This document shows, one piece after another, positions 1 to 19,700 of a stretch of 64,000 nt of DNA. The notes under the pieces are model-generated. The model made no database searches and had not been told where the DNA came from. It saw nothing but the letters and a program-made list of their open reading frames with translations. This DNA is from Raillietiella orientalis (taxonomy: Eukaryota). Every line of letters begins with the position of its first letter. The first letter of the stretch is position 1. The DNA lies in the NCBI GenBank assembly GCA_036172245.1, contig JAYWIR010000068.1, forward strand, positions 248,001 to 312,000, written 5' to 3'. The position numbers and the translations under genes are program-made.

Positions 1-8554
<8,554 letters not shown>

Positions 8555-8556
8555 GA

Positions 8557-9336
8557 CTGAAAATGTAAAAACTTGCAAACTCAACCTATCGTTTACAATC
8601 CTACAATAACAGTCAACGCCATGATCACTTCGCACTTTCGCGATACTCAATCAGTGCTACCATACCACTTTGTGAATTACAAAATTCTTGTTTCAAATAA
8701 TTATGATGAAAGAAGATTTATATATAGCAATACAAATAAACAGAAACCAACAATAACATCTCAAGTTTATCCGCATTTTAACAGGTCACAAACTCTCTAA
8801 AGAGAATCAACGCAATTCATCGTTTAGTCATGGAGTACAAAAAAACGAGGAAAAACTTTTAATACCAGAAGTAAGCAAAACTCAGAAATGTAGTCTACAG
8901 TTGAAGCTAAAAATATTATACATAGTTTTTTGGTTTTAAAAGTACTCATTTTGAGAAGTAACAGATAAAATTCAACTTTTCACGAGATGTATCGAAAACG
9001 TTGAAAAATAAGCCCATTACTACCGGAAATTCTTATTTATTCCATATGCTCTTATGAATTACTCAGTTTAATAAGTGCACGAAATCATGAAAAATTAAGA
9101 CTTTGTTCAAAATGATGGTCACAAGAATTGAATTTGTAACCAGAACCGTTTGAAACAACTTTCTAGATCCTTGTCCTAGCTTTCCATTTACATTTTGATG
9201 ACATTCATCATGTCAAATGAGTTGTATTTATTTAAGCTTATCTTACAGTTTTGTTTTCTGTTGTTCATGTAAGGAACTAACGCTCTTTGTCTCACCTTAA
9301 ATAAAGGATTATGTGAGCATCTGATAAAACACTTAC
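8557..9336 (-). other. Probable 5'UTR intron of SNRNP200
   Basis: A TTTTCAG acceptor ends 2 nt before the ATG (AG at 8558-8557). A perfect AG|GTAAGT donor lies on the minus strand at 9336. Confidence 0.55.
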
Positions 9337-9399
9337 CTATCTTGATGATATGATTATATTGAAACGAAGGTCCAGAAGGAGCTCAGGTATGTACCTTGC

Positions 9400-9464
9400 A
9401 ATCAAATAAAAGGTTCCGGTAACAGAGAATCTGGATAGGAGTTATCGGAACCTTTTATTTGATT
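9400..9464. repeat. 24-bp near-perfect inverted repeat (65-nt hairpin)
   Basis: aatcaaataaaaggttccggtaac (9400-9423) pairs with gttatcggaaccttttatttgatt (9441-9464). One G-T pair, 17-nt loop. Confidence 0.9.
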
Positions 9465-10304
9465 CTCTATTATTTCTGTTTTCTTTTTGTGTTTCGAGTC
9501 ATCAGAAGGTTAATACGTGGATACAAATAAAATTATATTGAACTTAGATTGATTAATCTTGACCTTGGCATATATCATGTACTGTGCTCCGTTCTTGATT
9601 ATCGCTAAATACAATTTCGTTTGCACGAAGGATAAGAATAGAGTTGATTATCAATAACGACGTTAGTCCTCATTATCAAGTAAGCAATTTAAAGTCCAAC
9701 AATATTAAGCTATTCCTCAGTATTATCCTTTCCAGTAATTTACTTGGCATCAGCACCCTATTGCCTGTATTTTTGATTCGAGATTACTGTCTAGTTGTAT
9801 CTCTTGTTAATTTCAGTGTTAATGTTGTATATGGCAATCCAAATCCATAAATCACAATCATTATTATTTTCTTCGTTGCTCGATTCTTAATAGAACTTGA
9901 GAAATGAAATTGCATGGCACTTTCATCGGCCCAGTTTCATGGAACAGATGTCTCCATTCGTAAACCGGAAAATCACTGTCACCCATTCCGGTTAAACTCG
10001 AAAACTTTTTCCCCTTTGCAATCTTCATGAATTTGCAAAAGTGTATAATTTAATATGCAGTCAAATTTTAGTCTTTTATTTCAGTGGTGATGTCAACTCC
10101 AGAAGAAATAGGGTTTTTCACATGCGAGCTGGAGCAACTTTTTTAGCGTCTTTCCATCCATCTATTTCATTACACAGCTTTCCCCACATTTTTAAATATT
10201 TCTTCCGTACTTCCTTGACTTATCTTTCTAGACTATTTTTTTTTCATCCTCACTATTTAAGCACTTTTTTTCCTGACTGATAATCCTTTCCTCCTTATAG
10301 ATTT

Positions 10305-13300
10305 GTTTTTTTTTTTTTTTTTTTTTGTGCTGACATTGATCGTGAGAATTCCTGTCCACTGCATGAGAATCCATTTCGTTCTAGCCGGGCCATCCTGCTT
10401 GCAGCGTTCCCTTTAACTTGCCAGTCACAAGGCTCCCGCGCGTGTTACCAATAGCAACGCGTAATTCGAATGTGACGCATGCGTTGTGGAGCAGCTCTCT
10501 GTTTCGGTTTTTACCCGGTGACACCGGGACGCTTTTTTAAAGATGCAGAAATGCAACAGGTCACCGGGAGCCGAGTTAACAGAAGACAACAGCGGCAACC
10601 GAGGTCGCCCGGAATTCCACCGGCACGCAGACCGGCTTCTAAGGGAGTCCGGAGTGGGGAGGGAGGAACAATAAACAGCTGGGAGTATGATAGGCACAGG
10701 GAGTGGTCTTCGGTGTCATCCATTCCTTACTTCCTGGTGCCGTCGCTGAATGCTGCCGATCTCTCCAGCGGCTTCTTCCTGGAGGCGAGGTCACCAAGCA
10801 GCCGTCACCATTAGGGCGGCTGCCGCGCGTGTGGCCTCGCTTATGCGCTCTCGGGACTCCGGCGTGGGCGCAGCAGCATCCCGTCGCACCGCGTGATGAG
10901 CAGTCCAGGCGAGCCACGGTCGCGGCTGCTTCGGGGAGCGAAACTCCGCCTGCAGCCCGGTCTGGGAACAAACGCGTGGGAGGAGTGGGCGGAGAGAGCG
11001 CGGTACACGGTGCACGTTTGGAGGAGGCCCTCTTGCCCGTGGGGGGGGGGGGGGGGAGTTTTTCGGGGTGGGGGAAGAGGCGCTGGGCAGCCGACGCGCC
11101 GTCGTCCGGCAACCGGACAGCTTCTCACAGGACGAACGCCAACTTGCTGGGCAGCGGCTGCGAGCGTGGGCGGAACGAAGCCGACGGTCTTTGTTGCGGC
11201 AACCTCGCGGGCAGGGCATCTAGGCCAGATTTCCCCGGGCGTCCTCGCGGGCAGCGTCTCCGGGCGCCTGGGATGGGATTGGAGCAACCCCGAGGGCGAT
11301 CTTCGCGTCCCAGAAGCGTGACCTGGTCGCCTCTGGAGGGCGGAGGAGATGCTGGGTTGACAGAACGAGTCTCATTTCCGAACCCCTCCCGCCTCCGGTC
11401 CCCGCTTTTCGCCTGTCTCCCCTCCTCTCCTTGCGAGGCGAAAGGGAGAGCGGAGATTCCAGTCCGAAAAGTCCTGTGGCGCGCGGCAAGTTCCCGGTTG
11501 CCAGGGACAACCAACCGCTCGGTGCGGGCGCTACAGTCGCTTCCCCTCGAGAGAAGGCACCAGATGACGCTCCTCCCGCACTGAGGTTCCCTGCGCAGAG
11601 AATTGCCAGCATCCTGTCTCCAGGAGGGGGCATCCCCGGACTGCTCCAGATTAGGAGCGATCGAGTCGTTTCTCGCACTGCCCTGATAGCTGGACCACGA
11701 CGACCTCGAAGGGCTGCGGCGGAGAATGCTGGCGGCTCTGCTTCACCCGGTGGAAGGTCCACCCGAGGCTCTGCAGCCTGTGCGCCATCTTGGCAGCCAG
11801 CGTCGCCCCGGAGCTGCGCCCTCGGAACGGGCCCGCCAAGCAGCCGCTACGGCGAGCGAGAGAGCTGCAGCGAGGTGGCACCGCCCCTAGCCGCAAGAAG
11901 TCGCCATGGAGCTCGCCCATGTCTCGGGAAAGCCGCAGAGAAGAGGAAGGAACGGCCTACACCAGAAACCCCTGCCCTCCTATCTTTTTCCATCTATCCA
12001 TTGTTTCTCCGTTTCGTTTAGGACCCTCTGCTTCGCTGGACCTGCGAACCCTCCACGAGGACTTCCGTTCCCTTGGCAACTCGTCTCCGACGTTTCTTCG
12101 AGAAACGCCCCCGGGCCGAGCGGGAGACAGGGACACAAATAACCCTGGGTTTCGGCAAGGACGACGTACCCGACGGTGGCGTTGGTCCACCGCCTCCAAG
12201 AGTCGCCAATAGGTGCGGAAGGGGGGACGGGGGAAGGTGCCTTCCACTCCCGAGACGAATCCATGGTGACCCACCTGAGGGGGAATCGCTGCCCGTTCCC
12301 TTTTTCCCGTCAGGCAGAAAATCAGGGCCACGGCGTGACCAGGTAAGGAGCCGTCGAAAGGTCGAAACGCCGAAGAGGTCCCAGAAAGACTGCCAGGTCT
12401 AGGAGAACGGCGGAGACCAGCCCGCAAGACTGGAAAGGAGGAGCTGGGTTGGATCAGGATGATCCCCCGCCGCTCGTTCCAAGGGCCTTCTTCCCCGGGC
12501 GGATCCCTCTGGCGCAGAGTCCCCCTGGGAACACTAGGAGATCCTTGAGGTGTTTCTGGACAGCCACCTACCACGGTCCCCCCACAGTGGCAGGAGGATT
12601 GCTGTGCTCTCCAGCCGTCCCGTGGAACGCTCGCCACCACCGATTAACCGGGGCTGAAGAGACTCCAGGCCGTGCCACCTGCGGCGAAAGGGAGCTCTTC
12701 CTGCCCCTCCTTTTCGGGTGCGTCGCCCTCCGGGATGGTTCGGGAACGTCCGAGAGCGTGCCCGAGGGTCCTGCTCGCTCGCGGAGGGGTCGTGGCGGCG
12801 AAGAGCCAAGGAAGCGACCCGGCGAGCGGCGAGGCGATTTTATTGATCTGCGCGGAACGTAGCGCAAGAGCGCGGCGCAGCCCTGCCTGCGCCCAGGTAC
12901 GTCGCTTGTCCCCCCGCACCTTCCCATCTTCGGCAGGGGGGTCAAGCGCGTCTCCTCCCCTTGTAGCCGCACCTCACGAGGGGCGGGCGGCTCTCCGCCG
13001 CCTGCGCGCTCGGCTTCGACGAGGCGTTTTCAGTCTCTGCCTGCGGCGTCTTCGCCTCGGTTGGGTTGTTCACAGGCTGCGATCCGACGGCCTGCGAGAC
13101 GGCGCCGTGGCTGTGTGGCTGCTGACCTTCCCTCCAGCGCAGGTACTCCGCCATGCAGAAGCGCAGCAGCGTCCTGTTCGACAGGTCCCAGAGGTTTTTT
13201 TCCGTCACATTCGGCGGGTGCCTGGCTGCCGACGGGACGTTGGGATACAGCTCTCGGAACGTGTCCTCCAGGTACTTGGAACAGGGCTCGAAAAGTTTCT

Positions 13301-15500
13301 TCCAGTCTTCATCCCCTTTCCTCTTGTCCACGTTCTTCTTGATCGTTATGATTTTCTTCGACACGTATAACAGGGCTTCGTCCTGTTCGTCGGGTTCCTC
13401 AACTTCGGATTCCCATTCGTCGGATGCGTCTTTGGCTGACTCCGACTCCTCTTCCTCGCCTTCCTCTTCGCTCTCTTCCTCTTCGTCGTCGTCGTCCTCC
13501 TCCTCCTCGTGTTTCTCTTCTTCCGGTTCCCGTTTTTGTCCTCTTGCCAAAGACCCGGCAGCCGGCTGTTCTTCTGTAGCAATCCGTTCCACCGGTTCCT
13601 TCCGGTCCGGGGCCTCGCGCTTGGCGCCCTCTTCCTTGGCGATGGCGCATCGCGCGTTGGCCGTGTTCCCCTTCACCTCGTTCCAGATTCGGTACTTCTC
13701 GCAGTCCTGCTTCTCGTGACCGGCCCTCAGGCAGAAGTGGCAGACACCCTCGATCTGGGTGCAGGATGCCGCCACGTGACCTTTCTCGCCGCACCTCGCG
13801 CACCGCACTTCCGGGCATCCGGCCGCCCGGTGGCCGAATGCCATGCAGAGTCTGCAGAAGTCGGGCTGGCTCCGGTGCGTCGCCTGGACCGATGGCGACA
13901 GCTCGTCAATCAGGATCTGACTGGGGATTTTGGCATCCGGGCGGAGCTTTATCTTCGCCACCGCCTCTCCCCCGTAGATGCTGTCCACGATGTCTTTCCG
14001 TGTGATCTTTTGCACCTCTCCGTACCGGGACAGGGTCTCCCACACCGCTTTCTGTGGCGTGTAAGGGCTTAGGCCGTACAAGTGCACGGTTGTGGACCCA
14101 TCCTCCAGCGCTCCTTTCAGGGTTCTGCCGTTCACCTGGATGCCGGTCGTGGTGAGACTGTCGGCCAGCTTTTCGTCGACGGTGTACACCGCGAAACCGC
14201 CGACAAACGGCACGATGGCTTTGATGGTTTCGAACAGGCTGTTGTACGAACGGTACAACGCGAGATATATCTCACGTACCGTTACGTTCCTGATTGTTCC
14301 CATCGGGAAAGTGACGCGCGCGCACTTTGCATCCATTTTCTGGATGGGCTCGTCGACGTTGCGGATTTCGAGGTCCCGCCCGGGTTTCAACCATCCGGGA
14401 AACATGGCGGCGCTCGGCGCGGCGGCGGCCGCCGAGCGCAGCGCTACGGCCGCGTAGGACGGAGCTGCCGCCACCTCCGCATCCGGCGCCGCCGGAGGCG
14501 GAAGCTCCGCCACCTTCGCTCCCGCTTGCCGAGTCGCTCTTCCCATGTCGCGGCGGCTGGACTCGTGGCTGTTCCCCGCCTGTGGATTCACACCGCGCCA
14601 CACCCCCTCCGCTTGCACCGTTAGTGGGGGATCGCCGGCAGAAGCGAGCGCTTTTTTCTTCACTTTTGAGGTGCGTTGCCAGGGCATGGAAACGAGGGGG
14701 GGCAATAGCTACGTGCCGTGGCAGAGGCGTTCCTCACTGCTTTGGAGGGCAGGGTCGGGCAAAAGCGAAGAGCACGTGTCAGTACAACCACATCGACTGC
14801 GATACTGTCTAAGCCGGGCTTAATAATAAATCCGACGCGCCACCCATCTGGCGGCAGAACACGAAACTGCTTTTTGTAACCGGACCGGACGCTTGCAGCT
14901 CCCGCTGCGGGCTGGACCCATGCGGATGGTGCCGCCGGCATCCCCCGAATCACCACGCAGCGGCAAAAAATCTCACGGAAGAGTTTGCGCCTGCAAGCCG
15001 AAGCTCCGTGAGACTGCTGCTTCCGTGCATGCTCCGTTGCCCCGAGGAGCTCCGAAGCCCTACGGAAAGCGTCGGCCCGACCCCGCACGGATCCAACTCT
15101 CCCGGATGTCACGTGGACGCGAAGGGAAGGCCCGCCGCCTCCCGGAGCCGACGGCCGGCCATCTGTCCCTCGTAGAGAGGACCGCTCCGCACCCCCCTCA
15201 CTCTTGAACACCAGCGAACCGGAAGTTGTTGGCAAAACCAATCCACCCTTGGGGTTCGTTCCACGAAAACTACACCCTAGCAACACCTCCTCATCCAATA
15301 AGTGAGGGCACCCACGGGTAATGGGCAGGAGGGAAGGGATTCTCTTGCTCGCAAGAGAATCTACGTGGTTGTTGCATGGTTGCGGGAAGCTCATCTTCCT
15401 TCACCACCTGATGAAGAAGAAGCCTCGAGACAGCTTCCAAGATCTTCGGCCCATCATGCATAGCTACGGCTTGTTCACATCCTCACTGTGGAATTTATTT
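10305..15500 (-). mobile_element. Possible ORF1-only (non-autonomous) non-LTR retroelement; boundaries uncertain
   Basis: An abrupt AT-to-GC transition occurs at a ~22-nt T run (a poly-A tail on the minus strand) at about 10305-10326. The gag-like ORF lies inside. I found no RT/endonuclease ORF and no target-site duplication. Confidence 0.3.
12942..14687 (-). CDS. Intronless non-LTR retrotransposon ORF1 (L1/Tx1-type gag-like) or ZCCHC3-like protein with RRM-like region and three CCHC zinc knuckles
   Basis: Open frame of 581 aa from ATG 14687 (alternative ATG 14546). It contains TTVHLYGLSPYTPQKAVWETLSRYGEV...QPDF, then CRLCMAFGHRAAGC, CARCGEKGHVAASC and CHFCLRAGHEKQDC (about 13701-13856), followed by a long acidic tract. 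A minus-strand AATAAA lies at 12839-12844. Confidence 0.85.
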   Translation of the reverse strand: MPWQRTSKVKKKALASAGDPPLTVQAEGVWRGVNPQAGNSHESSRRDMGRATRQAGAKVAELPPPAAPDAEVAAAPSYAAVALRSAAAAAPSAAMFPGWLKPGRDLEIRNVDEPIQKMDAKCARVTFPMGTIRNVTVREIYLALYRSYNSLFETIKAIVPFVGGFAVYTVDEKLADSLTTTGIQVNGRTLKGALEDGSTTVHLYGLSPYTPQKAVWETLSRYGEVQKITRKDIVDSIYGGEAVAKIKLRPDAKIPSQILIDELSPSVQATHRSQPDFCRLCMAFGHRAAGCPEVRCARCGEKGHVAASCTQIEGVCHFCLRAGHEKQDCEKYRIWNEVKGNTANARCAIAKEEGAKREAPDRKEPVERIATEEQPAAGSLARGQKREPEEEKHEEEEDDDDEEEESEEEGEEEESESAKDASDEWESEVEEPDEQDEALLYVSKKIITIKKNVDKRKGDEDWKKLFEPCSKYLEDTFRELYPNVPSAARHPPNVTEKNLWDLSNRTLLRFCMAEYLRWREGQQPHSHGAVSQAVGSQPVNNPTEAKTPQAETENASSKPSAQAAESRPPLVRCGYKGRRRA

Positions 15501-16794
15501 ACCTCAAGTTATGATCCTCCTCGAAAATCGTGCACTTGCGAGTTTGGGGGGGGGGGGAGAAAAAGTCCCCATTAACCAGAGGCAAGCTGCTGCGTGTGAG
15601 TGACTTCTTGGAAAACCGCAAACGAAATGCAGCATTTCTCTTTCCTTTTTTTTTTTTTTTTTTGCGTGATGTCTGCACATTTCCATGCGAACGTGCAGAC
15701 GTTTTCCTCTCACCGTCCGAGTGCAGCAGGCAGCACGCGGCAGGGTGGGGGGCTGTTCTTGCTCTGCACCGAAAACCACTGCAAAAGGGAAAATGGAATG
15801 ACGTGGGAGCGGGGGATTCGGTGTCTCCCCGGGGTCCGGCTGCTCGCCGGCCCGTGGGCCCAGCGACTCTGTCCCCGCCGCCCGCGATAGCCACGCGCTC
15901 CCGGAGACGCAGCAGCGGCCGCCGCGTTCGCGGTAAGCGACGCTGTTCGGCCCCTCGTGACGCGCGACCATTGTTGCGCAGGCCGCCCCGCGCCCATGGT
16001 GGACGACCGGCTCGCCGTTCCCGCAAAGTGGATGCGAGCAGAGGGATCCCCGCGCAAACGTGCCCTTCCGGGTTTTCCACGCGACGGTGCTTCCTCGCCT
16101 GAATTTCTTTCGTTACTCGAGACGCGCGTGTACGTAACGTGTGTGCAGACGCTTGCAGAGGGATTTCCGGGAGGAATCTCCTGGAAATCGGGAAAATTTC
16201 CTGTCGGACCCGAAACCTGCGTGTTGCGACCCGGGGAAGCGGCCGATGCAGCGGAAGACCCGCTGCCTCCAGAAGGTAAAATCTCTGCCAGCTTCTGGTC
16301 GCTGCAGCAGCCGAACGTGCCCCTTGGGTTGCCATTATGGACAAGAAGGTTCTTTGCAGTTCCGAAAATTCCACCCTCGAGGGCGTGCAGCCGACCCGGT
16401 CAGCAAGTGACGCTCCTCTCGCTCCAGGGTTGCGTGCCAGAGATGCGGGAAACGCCCCAGTAAGGGGGGTCCTGGCGGTCCCCTCCCTTTGAAAAGAGTT
16501 GGTGCAGCTTTTCATTTTTTTTTCAAGTCGGCTCGCCGATTCACTGCGAGAATCCGATACAAACTGCTGCCGAACCACCTTTTCTCATCTGAACTCCAAT
16601 TCAGTGGATGTTGTGGTGCACCACAAGGCATACAAAAGCACTACATGCATAGTGTGCACATGCACGAGGAATCAAACCATTCCCCCAAGAAGAAAAAAAA
16701 GGCATCCCTGTATGCATATTATCAACTGATCGTGTGGTGAAAGGGCATCGTCATCATCATCGTCACCATCATCGTCACATGTGCACATGAGAAC

Positions 16795-19700
16795 ATGGAA
16801 AATAATGATGGAGAAAGTGAAGACTTGCTGTCCTTAACTGACGATTTCAGTTCCTGGAAGGAGGTAAGTGATTTGCTTATCTACGTTGAAACAACATTCT
16901 GGTTTTCTGTGTGTGTTTTTTCCTGGTCCATGCATTTCTGTTCTCAGCATCAGTTCTTTCAAGTTTAACGGTGTGCTGCTTTGGGGCCTGGTTCAAAACC
17001 CTCAAAGATCACAAGAAATAAACAGTTGTGTCATTCATTCATTCTACGTACATTCGTATACAAATGTATTTTGACATATATACTTTCTGATTGTTTGATA
17101 ACATGTATACTATTAATGCTAATGCTATATATATATATATATACACGTAGGTATGTATGTATTTATATTCATATACATATTTTTACATTATGTGTAGACA
17201 TTTATGATATGATATAATAAGCATATATATTTATTTTTTATAATCTTCATAATATATATTAATTTATGTATCAATCTACATACAAATGTATATATCGATA
17301 TATATAAAAAGCATATGTATTTTTCTGTTATGCCCTTCATGATATGCATTCATCCATATATGAACCCTTACATAAATATATTTATGTGAATATCCATGTA
17401 TTTGTCATAATCTTTCTAATATGCATTTATCCACATGGTAATTTATAGATAGATAGATATACCAATATTTAAAATACACAAGTATATTTATTTATTATAA
17501 TCTTAATGATATATGTTAATCCATGCATGCATCTCCATATAAATATCATATTTATTTATTATAATCTCTGTGATATGTTTATTTAAATATACATATGAAT
17601 ATATGTATTAATGGATTTACATAAATAATCTTTACATAAATATATATGAATATATATTTATTTGTTATAATATTCATGATACATATTGATCCATATGAAT
17701 GTATGAACAGTGTAATCACCAACTTATTAATTGTGTTAATAAAATGCACGTCACTGAATCTTAGTAAATATATGTGTTCCAATAGTATTACTGTTAATCA
17801 TATGTGTGTTAATAAATGTGAATGGCTATGTATGTGAAAATAAATCTGTATGTGAATCAATGTAGGATAGGTGTTTAGTTTAGGTCTGCAGGTGTAGGTC
17901 AACAGGTGTTTGTTTTTTTTATGATCTTTGGGGATTGCGGCTTCCGGGATTTCCATCGGCAGAGGTCTGCTTCTGTGCTGCCTGAATTCCATTTCTCACA
18001 GCGTGTTTGGGCGCGTTCTCCCCACCACCCCAGCGTGCCCATAGCGTGAGGGCCCTCTTCCATTGCGGCAGCCAAGGACCGACTTCCGGACCTGACCAAG
18101 TGCGCTGGGGGCCCTCGCCGGATGGACACTCGCGTGGGTTGCGTTTGCGTTTCCTCGAGACGCGGGAGAGAACCGCAGGGGCTGCAAGTCTCGCCGAAGT
18201 GACACCTCATAATTGGATGTCATCTCAGGTGCAAGAAGGAGGCTGGGAACGGCAGATTCATTCCCAGATTGCCTACGGCCTTCTCCATCTCTTGCGGCCT
18301 TAACATTTCCTTGCCTCGTTCGCCCTTAAGGTTGTTCAAGCGCTCGGCATTCGAAATGCTTCATGTTTCGGGTCGCCCTGAAAGGTGGCAGCAGCCTCCT
18401 TGCATCCAGGAGCAGCGTATGGTGACGATTGACGCCCACGTGAAACGAAGACGCCAACTGTTTTTGAACTTATCGCACAGGACTGTCGTTTCCACGTTGG
18501 ATGCAAACTTTTGCGCAGAGAAAGACTTCAGTCAGTCATAAGGTTCGAACTGGAACATCCTCCCCCTTTTCTGGTGAGTTCCGGCTCGAAGCAATCCCGG
18601 AGTCAGTTTCCCCTCTCGGTTGGTGCTGCAGGAGCTTCCGTAAGAGTTGCAGCGCGCTCTTTCGCACCTTCAAAACGAACCGTGGAGCTTCGCAGCATGG
18701 GGGGTTTCGGCCTTCTTTCGAGGGGGCGGACTCTTTTCTTCGATTCTGTTGGGATGTTAAAACCGAGGAGGGGAAGAGAGGAGGACATCTGAAGAAGCAT
18801 CTTGTTGTCGTTGTTGTTGATGATGATGCCGTGTCAGAGTTGCTGGAGATGATTAAGTCTGTTCTTGTTTTTTCATTAGCACATGCTCATGCTGAGCGAC
18901 TACGCCAGCGAAAGAGACGACAGACTGAAGCAGTCCGTCAAGGAGATTGAAGTGCTCCAGCAGAAGCGAAAGATTCTCGAGAACGAAATGAAGAACGCAA
19001 GCACGTTGATAGTGCAGTTGCAAGAGTCCGTCCACTCTCTTGCCCACCTGAGTGGTAACTTTCGTGGATGAGCGATTTCGAACATACCGATTCGGAATGG
19101 CGGGATGTTTTTCTCCAACTTCTCTTTTAGTGAAATAAGTGGATGAGAGTGAAAGGAAATGTTGTCTGACGGAGACATCGGATCGAAAAATAAACTCCGC
19201 GGAGTCGAGACTGCGGTTTAATCCACAGTAAAATATTCATGATGAGCAAACTCACTCCACATATTGATTTGCCTCCTTTCCGCGCCGCAGTTTTGCATTT
19301 TCGAAATTTAATTATCTAAGATGTGACACGCTGGTTAAATAAGAATGTTGAAATCATCGGCGTTCCCATCCAACTCCAGCTGTGCCTGATTCTTCTATTG
19401 AGACCGAGATGATTTTACCGTGTTCTCACGGACATGTTTCGTTTCGTTTTTTTCTTCCTTTTTTTGTATTCTCAGAGGAAAACAGAAATTTGCGGGATGA
19501 GCTCTACCGGACAAGCAGGGAAACTTTAGACAGGAAGAGAGTCAGTATTTCGTTCGATCCCAGTCCATTCACACCTTCACGTACACCGCGTTGTTCCAGG
19601 AGCAAGAAAACGAAATATTGTGCCTCAGCAACAAGCTGAGAGAAGCCACTGTCTCCTTCTCCAACTCCATTGAGAACTTAAACAGGAAGCATTCTCAGCA

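Noticed and set aside
8555..8565. SL trans-splice acceptor before the SNRNP200 ATG
   Set aside because: A perfect cis donor at 9336 explains the acceptor, so trans-splicing cannot be supported from sequence alone.
10330..12900. ORF2 (endonuclease/reverse transcriptase) expected after the gag-like ORF
   Set aside because: None of the provided ORFs shows APE or YADD-type motifs; they are short and low-complexity.
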